A stretch of DNA of 61,992 bases, the filler included, from Dirinaria sp. TL-2023a (Eukaryota), in the NCBI GenBank assembly GCA_051941275.1. It is 8 parts of 8 records of this genome, joined end to end, with 100 filler letters (N's around TTAATTAATTAA, not from the genome) between each part and the next. Parts side by side here need not be neighbours in the genome. Positions count along the whole stretch, not along the records: positions 7,783 to 15,454 come from JAVEBF010001283.1; positions 15,555 to 23,225 come from JAVEBF010001284.1; positions 23,326 to 30,992 come from JAVEBF010001285.1; 5 more parts are not named here. One strand, given 5' to 3'. Below the pieces are notes generated by a model. That model saw nothing but the letters and a program-made list of their open reading frames with translations, searched no databases and was not told where the DNA came from. The position numbers and the translations under genes are program-made. Positions 13,244-23,406 of the stretch are shown here, piece after piece (within the stretch, counting starts at the first letter, position 1; each line of letters opens with the position of its first letter).

Positions 13244-15454
13244 TGTAGAATGTAAAGCTTATTTTCTTCCGTCATAAGGTTATCGTGTCGAAGCTAAGCC
13301 ATGGAGCATCGGGCACATCTGCAGTGCATACATACTGGGCATTTTTCCCGCGAGATCTCTATACGATTAACGCTATAGCACTGGCACTTTGTCATATCAA
13401 TATATAGCAATAGTAGCTTACACCACACTCTGTACCAAGTATGCACTTACGCAATACCAAAGGTCCATTCCCGGTAGCCACTGATCCAGGCAATCTGCCA
13501 AATGACCGCATTGTGCACATTTGCGATGGCCACAGCTACTGCACTCGGGGCTGATAATTGTCGATTCAGTGGTGTTGGACGATTTGCAATCCGGATCGCA
13601 CTATCGTGGAAGCCAAAGTGTCAGCCCACAAGCCCGATCGGTTTTACTGTTACCTTGCATACTGACGCATTGCCATTTATATGTCCCTATTACCTGGGGA
13701 TACTCTTCGCCAACTTCAGCTGCAATTTTGTGAGCAAGGCATATGAAGTCCATGGTAGGTATGAATGTTAGGTGAGAAGAATGGTTGCAGCCTTGTTTGG
13801 AGGCAGGTCGTCCACGAACCCCGCACAGACTACTCAAGCACAACTTATCCGCACTACTCACGCTAGCTACCACTTGAGGTGTCGATTATTCTTGCCTATC
13901 GTTGCTCATTTCTCAAGGCAAGTGTCAACTGTCGACTCCATTAGCATTACTGTCGGACAAAATAAATCAGGATATACAGCAATAAGCATTCACCAAGTGC
14001 GGGGCTCCCTTTTGGCGCAATGTGAAAGATTTGCTGTCTGACAATTACCATATCAATAATCATCCTTCATCATAAGTGCATGTGCTGGAGTGCTCTTATA
14101 TCCACCGATTCTTCAATTTCATGGACGCCATCCCTTGTGCTTGCTCCCATCCAACTCCGACAATGCGATTCCATTTCCACCATATTGTAAGGGAATCTGT
14201 TGTAGATGGTCCATTTTCTGTCAAAAGGGCGACAGTCCTAGCATCAACAACCTCATTCCCCAGCTCCTGACCAAAGCCAATACTCTTCCAGCTTTGACAT
14301 TAAAGATCCTAAAATTCTCTCCCCACGATTTCCTCCATCATTCATTATCGAAACCTTCAGCGCTTCCGCTACTGCAACTACCACCCACCCAGCCGTCCGC
14401 TCTTTCTTTCACCAGGCACACTTCATCATTTGACAAATCCAACCTCATTTTTCACTCATTTTATTCTCGCACCAAATCCGGATAGCTGCCTACTGAGCAC
14501 CTTAGTATAAGATCTATAGCAATCAATCCTGATGTGATCAAGACGCGTATTCTTCGCTCTTCCGGTAGTTTGCGCTTGTGTGTCTATGACTGATATTTGA
14601 TATGCGTCGAGGGTAGCCATGCAAGAATGCCCATTGCAATGACATTGGCACTGTCGATACGGGGTGCTGCATTGGGATGAGTGAGATAAAACGGTTGAGA
14701 GAGCGCAATCATGTGTATGAGATTTGGAGAACCAAGGCTCTTTGACGGAGGACGTCCTACAATGAATGTCGTCTTTGGAGCTTATCCGCATCGAGGTTTT
14801 GCTTGACTCACTGTTGGGTGGCGCTCGCTCGTTGCAAAAAAAATCGGACACTATTCCCAAATAAGGTGCGTGCTACACAGGGCACCGGACTACTGTACAT
14901 ACACCTGCATGCGCTTTCCAGCCTTCTTACACGTACTCCGTAGCCTATATCTGAAGGTACCTTCTAGGCATACGAAAGAGCATTAGTCATGGCCGGTACT
15001 ACTGTGCAAAGTACAGTCGATTTCGGGTGTAATCACGTAGAGCGCACCTTGTTTGGAAGTATCCGAATGAATTTAAATTTTTTTGGGTTGAAATTCGCGA
15101 GGGTGGTCGAAGAAAAGCACAAAATAATGACAGCTATCACACTCAGCATCGTTGGCAAGCATCTTATTCTCCACTTCGAGTCAAGCACAAAAGATTTATC
15201 GCAGCAACTTGGTAGCTCCTTTTGTACACCGTCCATCGACTTATCTATGCTGGGTCCTGTTGTTGAGAACGTCCCTAAAGCAGAAATAAAGTCGTTCAAG
15301 TGCAACCCCTTGTCCATTCTAGCCTGCACTAACCCTCCCGAGAATCTCCTCCTTGGCAGCCACCAGCCAAGTATATGTCTCCCCAGGAGCAAGTAGCCTA
15401 GTGCGGTACTCTCAATTCACATGCAGCCAATGTCCGAACCAGCTCGAGACACAA

Positions 15455-15554
15455 NNNNNNNNNNNNNNNNNNNNNNNNNNNNNNNNNNNNNNNNNNNNTT
15501 AATTAATTAANNNNNNNNNNNNNNNNNNNNNNNNNNNNNNNNNNNNNNNNNNNN
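15455..15554. other. Artificial contig linker
   Basis: N44-TTAATTAATTAA-N44. Confidence 0.99.
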
Positions 15555-17662
15555 AGATTAGCTTCATTTCTTTCCTCATTCAGGAAAATATGTAAACAGA
15601 AACCCTTCAGAGAATAGTTACTGAAGCAGACCATTGCAGCGTACACTTTGAAAAAGGAAAATTTATGCCAGTCGACTTTATTTATGATTAGACGACGGAT
15701 TTTTATGAAGTTGCTAAGTCTACAACCTGAGCCCTCCTCGTTCCTTTCTTTCTTTGTCGCAACTTTGGTATCGGGCCATGTTGATTCTGCGCAGCGGATT
15801 TTTATAAAATGCGAGCATTCAACCTCCAAAGATCGAGCCAGAACGAACTTGCCAAGACCTCAAGAAAAAGAAATGGCGCCCGCTAAGAAGACATCCCCTT
15901 CCTGATTCCACCCCCTTTTTCCGCCTCCGACTTCACCCTCTTCCTCAACCAGTCAGACTTCCAGCATCGATCGATCGTGCGCTCTCTCATTTCTCAAACC
16001 AGTCAAGCCACACGTCATCAAGTCTATAGCAATATTATCTCAGCAATCATAACGCAGCTTTTAAAAATCAAACCATCCAATTCCTCGTCAGCAACTTCGA
16101 AATGATCTCAAATCAATTTTGAGCCGCGAGAATCGAGAGAACTTATGAAGTCGACTAGTGTCTCATTTATATCTCTGTCGCATACGTCATTTTCTTCTCG
16201 CAAGTTTCTACAGATATTGAGACGGACAGGAAATGCTCTTTAGAAGGGAAGTATAAGACGGTTGATCATGGAAATTTGAGAGAGATCGTGAGGGAGGAGA
16301 TGAGGAGATTAGGAGCTGGTGTGGAAATTAGGAAAGGGAAATGTGTGCTTAGCGGAGGTTCAAAAAAATCGTCGCAAAAAAACAAGAAGTCATTTCTCAA
16401 TACCATTATCCTCACTAACATATCTCATTTCCGTCACGTGATCGCCACTCTACTGACACACACCACTTACAGTCATCCATCAATATATTCTTCACCTCGA
16501 TACTTCATATTCAGATTTACAAATCCAACTTCTTCTTTCTTTTCAGCATCTTTCAAAAATCAACGATTGATCAATTCAATAGTAATACTTTCACGATGAA
16601 TCGATATTATCATCACTTTGTGAAATCGTGATTTTCATTGCATTTATCTCGTTATTCTGTCAAGTCAGAAGGAATGGATATATTTGATTCATCCTCCGTG
16701 GGGTAGGAAGGAGTCGGAGATGCTATTGATAGGATAGATGGAAATGAGTCATGGATGCTGGCGAGGGGTGATTGTGGCTGCAGAGTGGTAGACTGATGTG
16801 ACGGCTAATGTGGGCTGGCGCGTGCAAAAATCTTGGAATTCTTAGGTTTTCCATTATTCTTGTATCCAGTGATAGTCTGTTAATGTATGATTAGATTAAT
16901 CATCCCTTCTTCCCTACAAAAGACCTCGTCAGCCCAAAGTGCGGGAATAAATCTTCACGCCCCGCGCATAAACAATCTATCGTCACTCACACCCAAAAAT
17001 GCGCTTCCAATTCGTTTTCTCGGCGCGCAAAACTGGCGCTTATCCGCATGCCATCCACACTACTGTCCCGCGTTCCCGTGCTTCTTGGTTTCTTCTAGCC
17101 GCGAAACTGACTTTTGAAACGCTAATCGAATGATCTTTTAGGAGGAAGGGGGAGTACATCAGCAACAACAAGACTGTAGGTAAAGCATTATCCAATGTTA
17201 TTGACTTTACTCCAGAACAGGCTCAATCTGCTGAGTGATGCCACGGGCTTTAACCCATCATGCAAAGGCTTTCATAATTAGAGCCCTTTTGCGGATAGAA
17301 GTGAAGCTGCTTCTCATTACTGCCGGCCGCCCAGCCAAGAATCGGTTTCGGCAAACAGACAAGATGGCGGGAAAAAGGGTCGCATTTGGATGGTTCCTTG
17401 GGAGGAAGACGGTATCTGATTACTTGCGCGTTGCGACTCGGGAAAAAAAAGAAAGAGAATCTTCGTCCACATGCCGCGCCAGCCGGCCGGCCGGTTGCCC
17501 CAAAGTCAAAACTAGATATTGGAGGGGTGGGTAGATGTCAGGAATATTCACCTTCTCTCCTCGGATTGTGGCATACCTGTTGCAAGAACATTGAACCATC
17601 GTCGTTTTCGAATTTTTTTTTATTTTTATTTTTTCCGAATCAAATCTTCTATTTAGAAGAAG

Positions 17663-18520
17663 ATGCACAACAATGGCCGAACCTATCGAATGCACGCCTG
17701 CACCCTTTTCGCCCTGTGCATCTTTTCCATCCTCGCGACAGTTCTCCTCTTAAGCTCCCATGTCTCCATGAACAAGGCCGAACCCGCCGTCATCCCTCGC
17801 GCCGACACCGCTCGCGCTAACACGGGCAACGACGACTCCTCCTCCTCCTCCAACAGCAACAACAACAATAACGACGACGACGACGACGACGTAGTGAGCG
17901 TCTCTTCCGCGCAGGAGTCTCAGCTCGCGGCCCAAGACGCCGCATACGCATCTCATCAATCGCTCGCCAGTGCAGCTCTCGGACCGGCCGATTCTGCGAA
18001 GGTGGCCTCGGAATTCGCTCGATGGACGGCAAGTCAAGCTGCTGCGGCCGCCGCATCCGCAACGCCGATGATGAAGCCGTTGCAGGTCGTGAACGACAAT
18101 GCTGCGGACGCCATCACCTGCGTGAGCAAAAGTTCCGACCACGGCGAGAGCTTCAATACCCAGGACTGCACCGCAGCGATCCAGACCGCGTGCCGCAAAC
18201 TGTCGCAATCGAAGACGGGGGCGTATTTCTGGGACCAGTGGGTGTGGTCTAGTAACGGGGATTGCAGCATGGCGTATTGGCTGCCCGAGAGCGTGAGGAA
18301 CACGAGCGGTGTACCGAGCCAGAGGCAGTGCGCGGACGACGTTTTCGGGGTCATGAATACGGGATGTGGGAGCAAGAATGGGGGGAAAAGTGCTGCGAGT
18401 GTGAATGTGGCCAAGCTGCCGGATGGGAAAGGGAGTGTGGGGCAACTGGTTGATCCTGGGAAGGTTGGTTATCTCATGGCGGCTAGCCCATGGCGTTGTG
18501 ATTATGGGTGTTCGGATTGA
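17663..18520 (+). CDS. Secreted or membrane-anchored orphan protein (285 aa) with S/N/D low-complexity linker and Cys-rich C-terminal domain
   Basis: Intronless GC-rich ORF; hydrophobic N-terminus LFALCIFSILATVLLLS; eight Cys in the C-terminal domain. Confidence 0.8.
   Translation: MHNNGRTYRMHACTLFALCIFSILATVLLLSSHVSMNKAEPAVIPRADTARANTGNDDSSSSSNSNNNNNDDDDDDVVSVSSAQESQLAAQDAAYASHQSLASAALGPADSAKVASEFARWTASQAAAAAASATPMMKPLQVVNDNAADAITCVSKSSDHGESFNTQDCTAAIQTACRKLSQSKTGAYFWDQWVWSSNGDCSMAYWLPESVRNTSGVPSQRQCADDVFGVMNTGCGSKNGGKSAASVNVAKLPDGKGSVGQLVDPGKVGYLMAASPWRCDYGCSD
17827..17890 (+). repeat. Coding trinucleotide runs (TCC)n, (AAC)n, (GAC)n
   Basis: Encodes DDSSSSSNSNNNNNDDDDDD. Confidence 0.9.
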
Positions 18521-18884
18521 GAGCAATCCCACAGTACGCTTGACCTAGCATTTGAGTCAAATGTCTGTTTTTCAGTTGGCTAAACTCTTGCACCATGGCT
18601 CTGAATTATTCTTATCCTCTCATGTTTCTTAGCTCCTTGGTATTCTCTTCGTTTGATTATTTCGTGAGTGCTGCCGTGCTACTCAATGATGGTGAGAGAA
18701 AGTGATAGAGCACGAACAAGCGACCGCACTGGTTGGTAGGACATGTTCGATGCGCTCGATATGACTGTCTAGGCGATCTGCCAGATGCGACCGATCTAGC
18801 ACGTGGAGCGGTCAAAGCTGTCCCAGATGCTATATTACAGCGATTCCTTCTGATTATGCAGCTACAACCCTCTCTTTCGTAATC

Positions 18885-19799
18885 ATGGTACGGATCACGG
18901 CGTATGCTACTACCCTCAGCGCCTTGTGTGTGTTTGTTTTCTCATCCAATCTCACTGACTGGCAAGAAGCCGCGGGGTCAGTCGACAGACCATTATCTGA
19001 TTTGATCACTACCAATGCAACATGGAATAATTCAACCGCTTCACCGGGTACGAATGCCATGCAATATCTCTGTACCGACACTCGAGGCCTAGGGAGGGAT
19101 CTTTCTGTGCAAAGCTGCCTCGACGCCGTTCGTCAGCTCGACATCCGTTCGACGGCTCCGGGGATATGGGGAGAGCGCGACACCGGTGAATTTTACAACA
19201 TCTATCTTCCTCAGCGCTACATGAGCACGGATGGTAGATGCTTCGTTGAACCAGTACTGCAGGGCGAATATAAATCCGCGGCCATAAGCCAGCAGACCTT
19301 GGCCGGTGCAGGGATAGTACTCTCCCAGCGCTGTGCAGGCGGTCAACCTTCTACAGGAGGAATAGCCAGGCAGCTAGGTGCAGGCAACCGTATGGTACTG
19401 CTCCTCTCCAAGTACGAGCCCGCTGTGCATTGCTACGGCCAAACAAGTCGAAGTCCGGTGTTCAAGAAAAGCTGCCAGGACATCCTTGACAAGATGGATG
19501 TTTCCGAGAAAGACCAGAGATTTGGTCCGTCTTCGGATCCAGAAGGGGTGAATGTCGTGCTTCCGCTTACACTCAAGGCTGGCTATCTTGAACAATGCAA
19601 TTTAAGGGTTACGACTCTCGACAAGACGGATGTCCTGTCCATGATGGACGTCTGGGAGGTCGCCGTTGCCATCAATGCTATGTGCATAAGGGTGGGGAAG
19701 AAGGGAGTCTGGAATGGGTTGGGGCTGCATGATCGGCAGCTATCAGTCTCTGTCTCAGACTACTCTGGGTTTGGACCTTCGCTCGACACGATCTCTTGA
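18885..19799 (+). CDS. Secreted orphan protein (304 aa) with two tandem 4-Cys domains
   Basis: N-terminal hydrophobic segment. Internal duplication: C..SCLDAV..WG..LP..C....C..G versus C..SCQDIL..FG..LP..C....C..G. Confidence 0.82.
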   Translation: MVRITAYATTLSALCVFVFSSNLTDWQEAAGSVDRPLSDLITTNATWNNSTASPGTNAMQYLCTDTRGLGRDLSVQSCLDAVRQLDIRSTAPGIWGERDTGEFYNIYLPQRYMSTDGRCFVEPVLQGEYKSAAISQQTLAGAGIVLSQRCAGGQPSTGGIARQLGAGNRMVLLLSKYEPAVHCYGQTSRSPVFKKSCQDILDKMDVSEKDQRFGPSSDPEGVNVVLPLTLKAGYLEQCNLRVTTLDKTDVLSMMDVWEVAVAINAMCIRVGKKGVWNGLGLHDRQLSVSVSDYSGFGPSLDTIS

Positions 19800-20250
19800 G
19801 GCAAAAGGGGGCAAAAAACAATTCGAAGCTCAAGTATTGTAAAGAATCTTTTCAACAAGAATACGGGCCTGTTGGTTATACGGAGTGTGTTTTTTTTTTA
19901 TGTAGATTTGAAAGCTATACGGCATATCTTCAAATCCCGCAGCCTGCAGGCAGACAGTGCAACTAGCATGTAGCGAGACAGATCGCCCTTACATTTACCA
20001 AGCGAGGAAATTTCTCGATGTGGATATTAATGTCAGTAAACATCCTGTCAGTGATGCAAATCCTCTTCCCAATAATATGGATGAACAGCTCTAGTGAAGA
20101 CGGAACCACAGGCATGCAAGGGAAGACCACCATATGGATGTCTCTTGTCGTCGTTGCGATATTGAGAAAATTCCGCAAGTAGCAACGAAATATAGTATCC
20201 CCACCAATGAAGCTCCGATCCTCCAGAGAGCCTTTCCATTCGACTTCCGC

Positions 20251-20853
20251 TCAGTCATTATTATCAAAAAGCGGTAAATCTTGATTTGTCACACGATCAA
20301 TCACCCTCAACCAAACCAAGACCCCAGACTGTTGTGGGTCTTCCGGATCCAAATAAATAATGTCGTACGTCCCCGTATAACCCAAGAGCGTGGCGTTGAT
20401 CATTTTGGCCGCGAACGAAGCGACAAAGGACCACGGGATCCCATTCAATGACACAAAGCGAAGTCTTAGGTTCCCAAGTGTCACCCAGAGCTCTCGCTGC
20501 ATCGGACGAGTGCTCCACGGTCCTCGGGCTTGTCTTTCAAGAGCAGAGTAGAACAGCCAGAGGCTGCTGGCGGCGAACTGGATCGGTACGATCTGAGAAT
20601 AGCGTCTGGCGGTATGTATGGTGAGTGGGTTAGACCTTTTGTGAGCGGTGCTTGATAATGCTCTTGGTATGTTGGCGATAGGAGCTTTGTGATCGAAGAC
20701 TATTGGCGAGTCCAAGGATCTACATCCACGCTGAGGGGATGCCAGTCCTCCATAAGAGGACCTGCCGTAATTGCTCGCGAGATTGGCTGTGCTGAGACCT
20801 AGATGAATACTCAAGGAAAAGGCCAGGACAAAGGAGAAGAAATAGAATCGCAT
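20251..20853 (-). CDS. Secreted orphan protein (200 aa)
   Basis: Signal peptide MRFYFFSFVLAFSLSIHLGLSTA; KR Kex2-like site (AHKR/SNP); domain IVPIQFAA..FY...LGNLRLRF..IPWSFV..FA..M..T..GYTGTY. Confidence 0.8.
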   Translation of the reverse strand: MRFYFFSFVLAFSLSIHLGLSTANLASNYGRSSYGGLASPQRGCRSLDSPIVFDHKAPIANIPRALSSTAHKRSNPLTIHTARRYSQIVPIQFAASSLWLFYSALERQARGPWSTRPMQRELWVTLGNLRLRFVSLNGIPWSFVASFAAKMINATLLGYTGTYDIIYLDPEDPQQSGVLVWLRVIDRVTNQDLPLFDNND

Positions 20854-21885
20854 CTTCACCGGTGATGATTGCCATCGCTCTCTAATGTGCGTGCAAAGCC
20901 GACACACCTGCCATGATTGCAAGCCCAGTGCCAACGTTACTTCTGCTCATTCCTTTAAATATATCCACGACCTCCTATAAGTCACCCCACATGCGCGGCT
21001 ATTTGTCGAGCGGGATGCATACGGACTTGAGATCGGAAATCGCATCAAATACGCATTAAGTAGATACTGGACAACAATACTCTAGCGGTATCAGGCTTTT
21101 GCGCCGGCTATCAATATATCACTCGTCCTAATGAGGCGTGTATGATAGGTAGTTTAGTAGTCTCCATCGATGGATGCAGTCATACCACTTGGGATCACCC
21201 CTCGAGGAGCTAGGGTCAGCGTTAAAAAGTTACTCAACGGAGTATTGTGTTCTTCTGAGCTTTCAGAAACTCCGTGATAACGAACACATCGCATTCAACT
21301 AATGTCGCAATATGATATCTCAAATGAGTATCGCAGATGAGTGGAATTTTTGAGTGGAATTTTCGGGTACCTTATGTAAGAATCACCCGATGTGTAGCAA
21401 TGCCCTAACCCTATCTCTCGGACCAATAAGGTCTGTCGGACTTCGGGCTCCGCTTTCGTCCGACCCTTTATAACCCCTTCAGTTCCGACAAACCATCCGA
21501 CTACTAAGGCATAGATCAGCAACGATGAATCTAAGTTTAACAATGCAGAGAAAGTTTTTGCCCATGGAGTCGAGTCAACGCGGTAAGCGGAAATCTCACC
21601 TTTGAAGATTTTGTGCGCTGATCCTGCAAGCTGAAAGTCGAGGTTCGAGGAACCAAGTGGGGCTTCCTCCGACGGTTATGTAGGATTAATAATTGCAATT
21701 GAAGAACACGCCATCACGATAAGACATGGTCGGAGACAAGGGTTAACGGCGACATGGAGATAATGCGTTGGTCCGAGAATGAACCAGAAAAAATATATAA
21801 TGCTTGAACCCTTCAGCAGGTCTCCATCAAGCCACTTAAGATAGACTCGTGAAACGACAGTCAACTACCAATTTTTTCTACGACA

Positions 21886-22899
21886 ATGCCTCCTCCAAAA
21901 GGAACCCCGAATCCGCTAGAAGGACCTGGTATTTCGCCCGCCGCTTGCCTTTGTGAGTCCAGAAGCTGACGTGGCTCCAAGGCGATTTCATCACGGATCC
22001 AGTGCACAGTGACACCTACCCAGCCATTGACAGCAGCCAAGTCAACATCCATGGCAAAGCCGTTTTCATCAGCGGCGCGTCCAAAGGTATCGGCCGCTCT
22101 ATTGCGCTCTCCTTCGCAAAAGCTGGTGCGTCATGTATCGCCGTCGGCGCTCGCTCGGACATGACGGCCTTGGAGAATGAGCTTCACGAAGCGGCGAGAT
22201 CAGCGCAGAAGAGCGCACCGAAAGTCCTTCAGATCAAACTCGACGTCACCTCCCGAGAAAGCATCGACCGCGCCGCTGCGACCGTGGAGAAGGAATTTGG
22301 GAAGATTGATATCGTTGTTAACAATGCCGGTATACTTGGCCAGAAACAAATGATTGCCGACAGCGACCCGGACGAGTGGTGGAACACGTGGATCGTCAAC
22401 CTTCGCGGGCCGTATCTGATCACCCGAGCATTTTTGCCGTTGATGCTCAAAGGTGGGGATAAGACGTTTGTGACTATCAGTTCGGTCGGGGCGCATCTGA
22501 GAAATCCCACACTGAGCGACTATCAGCCGTCCAAGCTGGCCGTGTTACGCTTCACGGAATTCATCGCCGCGGAATATGGACCGCAAGGGGTGCTCGCCTA
22601 CGCCATTCATCCGGGCAACGTCCCCACAGATATCTTGGGCCCAGATGGTGCATCTGAAGAATTGAAATTTCGTACGCCTGCCCTTACTGAAAGTTATTAG
22701 TGACACAGAGCTAACATTCTCTCAAGTTTTTGTTGACACGACCGAACTATCAGCAGACACGATCGTATTCCTGACCAAGGAGAAGCGGGACTGGCTCAAT
22801 GGGCGGTACATCAACAGTTGTTGGGATATGCCGCAACTGATGGCGATGGAGGAGGAGATTGTGAAAGGAGACAAGTTGAAGGTTCGACTGGTAGTGTAG
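21886..22899 (+). CDS. Classical short-chain dehydrogenase/reductase (SDR)
   Basis: Introns 21929-21981 and 22672-22726. Motifs SGASKGIG, VVNNAG, YQPSK (YxxxK), IHPGNV and WLNGRYI..WD. Confidence 0.95.
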
Positions 22900-23225
22900 A
22901 GTGAGAGCTACTTCTGTGTGTCTATCTGTATAGATGGTGATCGACGACCTTATTCCGTACTCACGATGGCAATCGTTCATGACAGATAATTACAACATTG
23001 AATGTGTTCATATGAGCCAAACATCACAGAGTCACCTCAACACTACCTTGTATGATGCCAAGACCAGTGATGTCAATGGCCATTCACATGTCAACTTCGC
23101 CTAAGAAGCTCCAACTCCCACTCCAACTCCATTTGTTTCTACGAACCCGCTTCAATTTCTTTTCTTCTCCTTCTCACTTCATGTAAATACCTTATCTTAA
23201 CAAATGCCCCCCATCCTCTCCCTAC

Positions 23226-23325
23226 NNNNNNNNNNNNNNNNNNNNNNNNNNNNNNNNNNNNNNNNNNNNTTAATTAATTAANNNNNNNNNNNNNNNNNNN
23301 NNNNNNNNNNNNNNNNNNNNNNNNN
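23226..23325. other. Artificial contig linker
   Basis: N44-TTAATTAATTAA-N44. Confidence 0.99.
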
Positions 23326-23406
23326 ATATCCCATATCCCAAAAAAAAAAACAAAAAATTTTCCTTCATACATATAAATAGAAACAGCAGGGACATGACAC
23401 CATCCT

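Noticed and set aside
13300..15454. Short ORFs (14090-14485, 14456-14860, 14989-15396, 15033-15392)
   Set aside because: No recognisable motif or coherent exon chain; could be a decayed gene, but I cannot support it.
17750..18532. 260-aa antisense ORF (likewise 38921-39541 and 51772-52422)
   Set aside because: Shadow ORFs of GC-rich coding sequence.
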